Assembly (NCBI RefSeq): GCF_036365525.1
Contig: NC_090373.1
Span: forward strand, 27,819,571 to 27,883,570
Source of the DNA: Heterodontus francisci
Taxonomy: Eukaryota
DNA length: 64,000 bases
Reading direction: 5' to 3'
The position numbers and the translations under genes are program-made. Under the pieces are notes generated by a model that had not been told where the DNA came from, ran no database searches, and saw only the letters and a list, made by a program, of their open reading frames with translations. This document shows positions 55,253-64,000 of this stretch, piece by piece. Numbering within the stretch: position 1 is the stretch's first letter; every line of letters begins with the position of its first letter.

Positions 55253-56749
55253 GTATGTGACCGTGTACTGCTCATTTATCCATTCTCGCCCCCCCGCACC
55301 CACTCCACCGCACTTCACCCCACTATTGGCGGCTATGCTTCCAGCCGTTTGGGCACCACCTTCTGAAATTCCCTCCCCAACACCTCTCCACCTCCCTTCC
55401 CTTCTTTTAAGACCCTCCATAAAATCCATCTTTTTGACCAACCTCTTGGTCATCCCTCCTAATATCACCTCATTTGGTGTCAATTACTATCTGATTAGGC
55501 TCCTGTGAAGCACCTTGGGACAGGTTTTTACATTAAAGGTGCTATAGAAATGCAAGTTCTTGTCTAGCAAAATCACCACTTGACTCATTTGATGGTACTG
55601 TCACCATTGAATCAGAAGGGTGTCTTTTGGGTGAGATGTTAAACCGAAGTTGGACATAACAGATCTTCCTGTTCCCCCCCACCTCTTCCCAACTGGCATT
55701 AGTGGAAAAATGACAGGGGAGTTATCCTGATATCCTAGCCAACATCCCTCCCTTAAACAGCTTGGTATCAATCAGATGTTAAAGCCAGAACTGACTCCAA
55801 AGTATAGCAGATTGGACCCTGATTGCAGACTTGGAGCTACATTTACACCATACCAAGTTCAGCAAAACGACTTCGCATTGATACAGTTGGTGTGTATGTA
55901 GCCCCCCACGCCAGCTGAGATATAATTGCCATGACAGTTCCTCACCTCACTATGTGCTTTTAAAAAGCATTTTTACCCTCTTAAGAATATAAACATTGTC
56001 ATGCTAGGTCCCCACCTGCCAAGAATGAAGCACATTAATTTTGTCATGAACATTGATTTTAAACTGTTAATGGAGCAAGGAAATGACTTGTTAAACAGAT
56101 CAGCGATGGCTGGAAAAGACATTTGCATATTAATAGACAGTGCTTGTGTAGACAAAGGACCATTCCCTGACACATTAAACCCACAATGGATGTTGATCAC
56201 CGGACAGTGAGGGGGTGGGGAAGCGCATTCCAGGGCCTGCTGGGGTGATGCAATCCACAGGAGCTAGGACTGGTTGGACCAGCTGGTCACAAGACTAACT
56301 GGCTGTTCTGGGTCTTTTGAACTAGCCACAGAGTTTGAACTGAGAAAGATTGTTTGCTCCTGGACTGAGAAAATCTCCTGCCTGCTCCCATCTCTTTCTC
56401 ACAAGCCTCTGAATCCACTGCAGACACATGAACCGAGAGAAAAGTCTCTTACAGCAAACAAGGTTTATGAAGAATACTGGGCCCCAACGAAAAGCAAGAT
56501 CTACCTACAGTCAAGGACTCTACAATGAGCTCGAAGAACTGTAACGAGAACTCTTCAGATATTGCCTCAAATTCTTCCACTTTATTTTTCTTCTGCTCTT
56601 TTCTGTCTCTATTTACATGTATATATTGCGCGTCCTGCATCCATAGGCGTCAACCGAATTAGAGTTTAAGTTCAAGTTTAATAAATTTCAACTTTTCTTC
56701 TTTAAACCCAAGAAAACCTGTTTGTACTGGTATCTTTGCCTTATAATTC

Positions 56750-57953
56750 GCCTCATCAGACCCCTTTCCAATCCTGAGTGGTGTGAAACAGGGCTGTGTT
56801 CTCGCACCTACACTGTTTGGGAACTTCTTCTCCCTGCTGCTCTCACATGCGTTCAAGTCTTCAGAAGAAGGAATTTTCCTCCACACAAGATCAAGTGGCA
56901 TGTTGTTCAACCTTGCTCGTCTAAAAGCGAAGATCAAAGTACGGAAAGTCCTCATCAGGGAACTCCTCTTTGCTGACGATGCTGCATTAACATCTCACAC
57001 TGAAGAGTGTCCACAGAGACTCATCGACAGGTTTGCGGCTGCCTGCAATGATTTTGGCCTAACCATCAGCCTCAAGAAAACGAACATCATGGGACAGGAC
57101 GTCAGAAATGCCCCATCCATCAATATCGGCGACCACACTCTGGAAGTGGTTCAAGAGTTCACCTACCTAGGCTCAACTATCAGTAACCTGTCTCTCGATG
57201 CAGAATTAAACAAGCGCATGGGAAAGGCTTCCTCTGCTATGTCCAGACTGGCCGAGAGTGTGGGAAAATGGCGCACTGACACAGAACACAAAAGTCCAAG
57301 TGTATCAAGCCTGTGTCATCAGTACCTTGCTCTACGGCAGCGAGGCCTGGACAACGTACGTCAGCCAAGAGCGACGTCTCAATTCATTCCATCTTCGCTG
57401 CCTTCGGAGAATCCTTGGCATCAGGTGGCAGGACCGTATCTCCAACACAGAAGTCCTCGAGGCGGCCAACATCCCCAGCATATACACCCTACTAAGCCAG
57501 CGGCGCCTGAGATGGCTTGGCCATGTGAGCCGCATGGAAAATGGCAGGATCCCCAAGGACACATTGTACAGCGAGCTCGTCACTGGTACCAGACCCAACA
57601 GCTGTCCATGTCTCCGCTTTAAAGACGTCTGCAAACGCGACATGAAGTCCTGTGACATTGATCACAAGTCGTGGGAGTCAGTTGCCGGTGATCGCCAGAG
57701 CTGGCGGGCAACCATAAAGGAGGGGCTAAAGCGTGGCGAGTCGAAGAGACTTAGAAGTTGGAACGAAAAAAGACAGAAGCGCAAGGAGAGAGCCAACTGT
57801 GTAACAGCCCCGACCACCAATTTTATCTGCAGCACCTGTGGAAGAGTCGGTCACTCTAGAATTGGCCTTTATAGCCACTCCAGGCTCTGCTTCACAAACC
57901 ACTGACCACCTCCAGGCGCTTACCCATTGTCTCTCGAGGCAAGAAGGCCAAAG
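56750..57953 (+). mobile_element. RTE-clade LINE, 5'-truncated, one frameshift near 57255
   Basis: GVKQGCVLAPTLF, LLFADDAAL, FTYLGS, LLYGSEAW, RLRWLGHVSRM, and C-terminal CSTCGR...HSRLC zinc finger. Confidence 0.88.
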
Positions 57954-58472
57954 AATTGGAAGGCGGTGAACAAGGCTTCACCAAGGGGGAGCTAAAAACA
58001 ATGTTTAAAAATAAAACCCTGTTATTGTAAAGCCAGGTGAAGGCCGAGAGGGATCCCTAGACACCTTTCTCACCTGGTCGTAACAACATAAATACCCCAA
58101 TGAAGTTTCATCTCACGTTGTAGTCAGTCTTACATAGGATATACAGCATGGAAATTGGCCGAACTGATCCCTGCCGGAATTTATGCTCCACACGAGCCTC
58201 CTCCCATCCTTCTTCATCTCATCTTATCAGCACATACTTCTATTCCTTTCTCCCTCGTGTTTATCCAGCTTCCCTTCAAATGCATTTATTTATTTGCCTC
58301 AGCTACTCCACGTTTTAGCAGCTTTCACATTCTCCCCACTATCTGGGTAAAGATGCTTCTCCTGAATTTCCGAGTAGATTTATTAGGGACTATCTTTTGT
58401 TTATGGCCCCTAGTTTTAGACTTCCCCCACAAGTGGAAACGTCTACCCTATCAAATCCCTTCATAATTTTAG

Positions 58473-58682
<210 letters not shown>

Positions 58683-59016
58683 TGAAAGGATTGATTCTGA
58701 CATTTGCCAACCCTCCAGGAACTAAGGATTAATTCCCAGGGGAGGCAGCTGTGAGCAAAAAACCTGGGAGTAAAATCAATGGGGCTGTTAAAAAGTCATA
58801 TTTTTAGTTGAACACTTACTGGTTATAAAAACATTGGACTTGGGGGGGGGGGGGGGGGGGGGGTGGAAAAAGTCTGATAACAGTCAAGAATCATTCACTC
58901 GCGTAACAAAGTCTGTTCAGGTTTTGATTGGTGGTGTGTCGCGAGGACGGATGCTGGGTGACCAATGGTGGGCGTGGGGTGGTTGAAGGCTCATGTGATG
59001 ACACCTCCAGGAGTAT

Positions 59017-59368
59017 GGGGCGGCACAGTGGCGCAGTGGTTAGCACCGCAGCCTCACAGCTCCAGGAACCCGGGTTCGATTCTGGGTCCTGCCTGTGTGG
59101 AGTTTGCAAGTTCTCCCTGTGTCTGCGTGGGTTTTCTCCGGGTGCTCTGGTTTCCTCCCACAAGCCAAAAGACTTGCAGGTTGGTAGGTAAATTGGCCAT
59201 TATAAATTGTCACTAGAATAGGTAAGTGGTAGGGAAATACAGGGGCAGGTGGGGATGTTTGGTAGGAATATGGGATTAGTGTAGGATTAGTATAAATGGG
59301 TGGTTGATGGTCGGCACAGACTCGGTGGGCCGAAGGGCCTGTTTCAGTGCTGTATATCTAATCTAATC
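59017..59368 (+). mobile_element. HE1/V-SINE-type SINE, full length
   Basis: tRNA head, V-type core, CR1-type tail with (TCTAA)n. Confidence 0.85.
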
Positions 59369-59460
59369 ATGTCCTAGCGGAGCTGGCAGTCCTGTATTTC
59401 ATCCTTTTAAGTACATCGGCAGCAACAAAGTCATGCCTCTTCTCTCTTTGCTTTCGACAG

Positions 59461-59616
59461 GGATTGTGCCTCACCCTCTTGCTGCTGGCCGTGTTTAAGA
59501 AAGCCTTGCCTGCACTCCCCATCTCCATCACCTTTGGTCTGGTGTTCTACTTCTCTACTGACAACCTGGTGCGGCCTTTCATGGACACCCTTGCTTTTCA
59601 CCAGTTTTATATTTAG
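59461..59616 (+). CDS. PSEN2: Presenilin-2 coding exon 10 (last)
   Basis: [51 protein letters not shown], with the PAL motif. The ten exons total 1389 nt (462 aa + stop). Confidence 0.95.
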   Translation, partial: GLCLTLLLLAVFKKALPALPISITFGLVFYFSTDNLVRPFMDTLAFHQFYI

Positions 59617-61493
59617 GAAGCAAGGAGTCCTCGATTAAAAGCCTGCGTTGTTTGGACTGATGCTGGCTTGGGGAAACCCGAGCACTGCTATTACATTGTG
59701 AGCTTCAAAAGAAGAAAAAAATCATTTATATATTCATAATTTAATGATGAAAATGTTAACCATTTTGAGTCTGACAAGCAAATTGTAAGCTTGCATTTTG
59801 CAAAGTGTCTTTCTAGAAATGAAGTATAAAAGTAGGTTTATGAGTAACTTAAAAATCCACATTTAGTTAGAAGCTACCCACCCCACGTGCATCGAGAGTT
59901 TAGTTTTTGGGATGTAAACATGCAGCTGGAAACGTGAAGTAATGGAGGAAGAAAACTAGAGAAGGGTGGATAGAATGAGAAAGGTGGTGTAATGTACAGG
60001 GAGTTTTAGATGAAAAATACAAAAGCTATGTTTCTATTTTGTGTCAATGAGGAATTTCAGGTTTTTGATCCCTTTAAGGTGGAGGAAAGATGTTGGTGGA
60101 ACAAGGAATTTGAGGTGAAGTGAGGAGTTTACTATCCCAGCATTGATTGATCACATTTTGAGAATGAGTATGAAGGTAAAAGATACACTTTCAGTTTATG
60201 TAAACTATATAACGTTGCAGGACTATTGCTGCACAGTTATGTGAAGGAAAAGATGGTCGAGGAGAGCGTTCTGCAAGGATCATTTCATTTGTCTGATTGT
60301 TTTAAAGAACTATAAAACAAATGTTTGTCACTGGAACTGTGATAATGCGATCACCCACTGGACAATTTGCATCAAACCGCAAACACTTTGTACAAGGAAG
60401 TGCTTTGTATCCAACAATCTCACCTAAACTTTACCTCAGGTTTTTGTACAGTTTTAGCAAGTAAAATAGAATTGCACATTTATCTCAGTTAGTACTGTCA
60501 TTTGTCATCTATAAAATATTTTACTAAATACATTGTACAAAGTGTAGCCTTTTTAAAATGCTACTGTATGGGGTAACTTTGCAATATCCTGCTCCTTGTG
60601 TGGAGCCTCAACTAATTGAGGCATGGGTCTGGGGTAGGGCTACGACATTACTCGGCCAATGGTGCAATTCAGACTCCTGTCTGGTGATGCATCACACCAG
60701 GCGTGAAGCATTACAGAATTAACCCTTGATGTCAAAGGTTAAAGAGAGAGAAAAATGATGTTGGTAATTCATGTAAAAGTATCCTGATAACTGGAACATA
60801 CTGGAGTTTGAAAAATCATCTGCACAGCTCAAAGAATAACGAAAAGGGCAGAAGCAGGTTCCAGTGGCAGAAGGATCATTAATCAGTAGACAGATTTAAG
60901 AACATTGGCAAAAGAGCCTTTTTTTGAGTGAGTTGTGATGGAAGCAAATTCAACAGTAACTTTCCAAAGGGAATTTGATAAATACTTGAAGGGCAAATTT
61001 TGCAGGGCTTTGAGGAAAAAGCAAGGGAGTGAGACTAATTGAATAATTTCGCCAAAGAGCTGGCACAGGCACGATGGGCCAAGTGACCACATTCTGTGCT
61101 ATATCATTCTAAATATTCATAATATAACATTTACAGAAACCTGGTCAACAGCTAAAATCTATTATTCAGTAACCTTCTGAAATTGCACTTGTTCCCTGTT
61201 ACTCCAACATGATTCAGCACTCGAGTCTGCAGGCTTGAGAGCATCTACCTGATCTGTCCTGTGTGTGCAATAGTTGTATCTGACCACTCATTTCTACTGT
61301 GTACAGAATTTGACTCGTTATTGATTGCCAGTGTTTTGGACCTGTAGATGCAGAAACAAACTCTGATCAAGTTTTTAAACAGGAGGCTGATTTTGCCCTG
61401 CCTCAGGTTAGGATGCAGCAGGGTAAATTATAAATAACCTTAGGTGAAGCAAAATGACCCAGTGTTTTAGGGAAAAGTAGCATATTTATTATT

Positions 61494-61573
61494 AATAAAT
61501 GAACAAGTTGAACTTTCTGAATTAAGTGAGTCCACTGTTGCTGTACAGGCTCATCTGCTGCCTGAGAAATAAA
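61494..61573 (+). terminator. Candidate PSEN2 polyadenylation signals
   Basis: AATAAA at 61494-61499 and 61568-61573, about 1.9 kb after the stop codon. Confidence 0.3.
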
Positions 61574-63044
61574 GTTGTCTTCTGGCCTCATCTCACCAAA
61601 TGTAAACAGTTCTCTTACTTAAAGATCGGAGGAGCACACGCAAAGTGATGTATGAAGGACATGATATCCAGTTTGTACGTCAAGAGCATTGCAGTGATAC
61701 ATCCTGTTGGATATGCTATTTGAGATTGGGCAGTGAGTCAACTCCAGAACATATGGGACCTGGGATCCACTAATAGGAGATGCTGAAGGTATTGATGGCA
61801 GACCATAAACTTTTAACACTTGTCTACCAAGTGCTTCTGATACAGTTCTCGCTGTTTCCCCAAACCCCTTACTTTTGTATCAGATAATTTCAACATTTGT
61901 TCCCAATGGCCAATTCCAAATGTATCTAAACAGCCATTAATACTGTCGGGTACACCACTTCCAACTGTTCTCCAAACTGAGAAACAATCAACTCTAACCT
62001 TTGTTTACTGGCAACCAACTTTCCATCCATGTGATTACACATCACATTGTATGTTGACCTTTTTAAACAAACTTCTTCTGACACCTTGCCTATTCAATAC
62101 CTTTTGAAAATCTATAAATACTATGTCTGCTGCATTCCTTCGATCTATCCAATTTTTCATTTGTCAAACACAATTTGCTTTTCTTTTTAATAAAAGATGT
62201 TGGCTGACCATGATTCTGCCATGCATTTTTAAATGCTCACTAATTTCATCTCTTAAGTTTGCCCACAACAGAAGTTTGTATAACTGGTCTATAGTTAACC
62301 AGTTTATCCTCTTTTCCCTTCTTGACCAGAAGTGTTGCATTAGCTACCTACCAGTCGCAGGCACAATTTTGCCTATCAAGAGCTTTGAAAAATTGTACTC
62401 GGAGCCTCTAGGTCCACTGGCTTTATTCAAGACGAATGGATGCAATCCATCAAGGCCCGGTGACATCCATTTTGAATACTGCTCATTTTTTTCATAACTA
62501 ATTCTTTTTCTGTTATCACTGACATTTATTCTGTCATCTACCTGTAGACCTAAATGGTTACTTCATCAATGTATCCAAGAACTGATAAAATTATACATCT
62601 CTGCCATATCTACATCCTCCATGACTTGATTTTCCTTCAATGAGAGTAGTCTTAGCTGCTAATTATTTTATTAATATCCTTAACTAGTTTACTTTTATAT
62701 GACCTGCCGTCTTTTAATCTCCCTTTTAAGCTTTGCTTTAATCTTTCTTCATCCACAGAATTCTATCGTTCCTCATTTTGTAAGAATTTGAAAATTTGTC
62801 ACTGCTAGTCCATCATTCTGTTTGGTTTCCTGCCCAGTGCAGATAATTTGGACCAGATAGCAATTTATGCCCACCCCTCTGCCATATTAGCTTAACCATA
62901 AATCTTTTAACCACTCAAATACTTCTGCCACACACATTTCCAAATCCTCCTGGGTATTCCCTGTTCTGCAAAAGAAAAATGACCAGCAAAGCAGTGTTTT
63001 CTGAAGTCAGATACAGAATGGAGCAAAGAAGTGTACATTATTGA

Positions 63045-64000
63045 ACCAATGTTAAAAACAGTGGTTTATTTAACATCACAATGTTTACATAAATAACAGA
63101 AAATGGTGAAGAACTGTGCAGTTACCATACTTTATATAGATAATTGCCACTTCATGCATATTCAATTTTTCCTTTTAATTGTTTTTACAAACCGTGATAT
63201 TCTAAGAGTCACCTCCCCTTCTCAACTGCATGGGACTGAAGAAGTTTCCATTTCCGTGTAGTTCTATGCAAGCTAGTTTCTCTCTTCAAACTGTGACTTG
63301 TTCTTAAGAAGGTATGCAGCCAAAAATTCGATAGGATTGGGAGGTCTGGAAAACACAGAATTTACTGAATAAACAAACAAACAAACATACATGTTTTATG
63401 GTAAACATAGTTTAACTATTTTTCAAAATTGCCAACTTGATCGAGAAACATCCAAAGTGTGATCTTAACTCGTGCAGAAGCACTTGTACATTTTCACAAG
63501 ATGTTTCATTCATGGGTTGTTAGGCATTGCATCAAATTGGATTAATCTCAAACTACAACCTGCTGATAGCAGCAAATTTGACCAGGAAGTAAAAAAAGAC
63601 TACCTGTGGTGAAAGGCAACTTAAGGTGAATAAAAGGCTCCTTTATAATCTGGACATTCAGAACTCTTTAAAACAAGTAACTAAACCCTGATGGGTGTAC
63701 AGGAGTTGGGAGTACCCACAATGATTCTGCACAAAGCTCAATTTGGACTTCAAGCTAGACAACTTGTGGGAACTGAGGATTTCCCTACTAATCCTGACAT
63801 TTATTTCACTCTGAAAATTAAACCGAAGAATTGGGGAAAATCTCAAGTCAGAGAATCTTTGGGTACCTGCTCCCAGCTGTCGCCATGTTCACGCCATTAG
63901 CCTGTTTGTACAACTTTTTCAGTTGCTGATATGTATTCCCTTACTGGCTAAGCACAAACCACAAAAAGGATCAGATGATGGGATAAAAAGAATTGCAAGA
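63045..64000 (-). other. Probable 3' UTR end of an unidentified convergent gene
   Basis: TTTATT at 63065-63070 (AATAAA on minus) closes an AT-rich, repeat-free tract with 3'-UTR-like composition; no coding exon within the window. Confidence 0.4.

Noticed and set aside
60600-60705. Two small hairpins in the PSEN2 3' region (GCCTCAA/TTGAGGC; CTGGTG/CACCAG)
   Set aside because: Short stems expected by chance; no SECIS or IRE consensus.

Overview
Vertebrate genomic DNA, most likely a shark or other cartilaginous fish (HE1/V-SINE-type and Deu-type SINEs, HER1-like CR1 LINEs, Neptune-type Penelope elements). Three host genes can be read directly. (1) The first coding exon of TRIM67 (minus strand, 562-1356). 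(2) The complete two-exon FAM89A CDS (plus; 5978-6235 and 20785-21069; 180 aa), head-to-head with TRIM67. (3) The complete ten-exon presenilin-2 CDS (plus; 40324-59616; 462 aa; all introns GT-AG and phase-consistent). The 3' end of a fourth, convergent gene probably enters at about 63070. Introns and intergenic DNA hold CR1, L2, RTE, Gypsy, solo-LTR, hAT-MITE and SINE copies, often nested, plus two G-rich sense-strand minisatellites (about 6.3 kb and 1.9 kb). The most notable structure is a young Penelope-like (RT + GIY-YIG) family with a minimal hammerhead-ribozyme motif in its 3' end. It occurs as a 3.2-kb inverted-repeat insertion and as a 238-bp non-coding perfect hairpin made only of two back-to-back hammerhead-bearing 3' ends. 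Both share the same asymmetric tail/no-tail termini and similar 14-bp target-site duplications. Family names come from recognised motifs; no database search was run.
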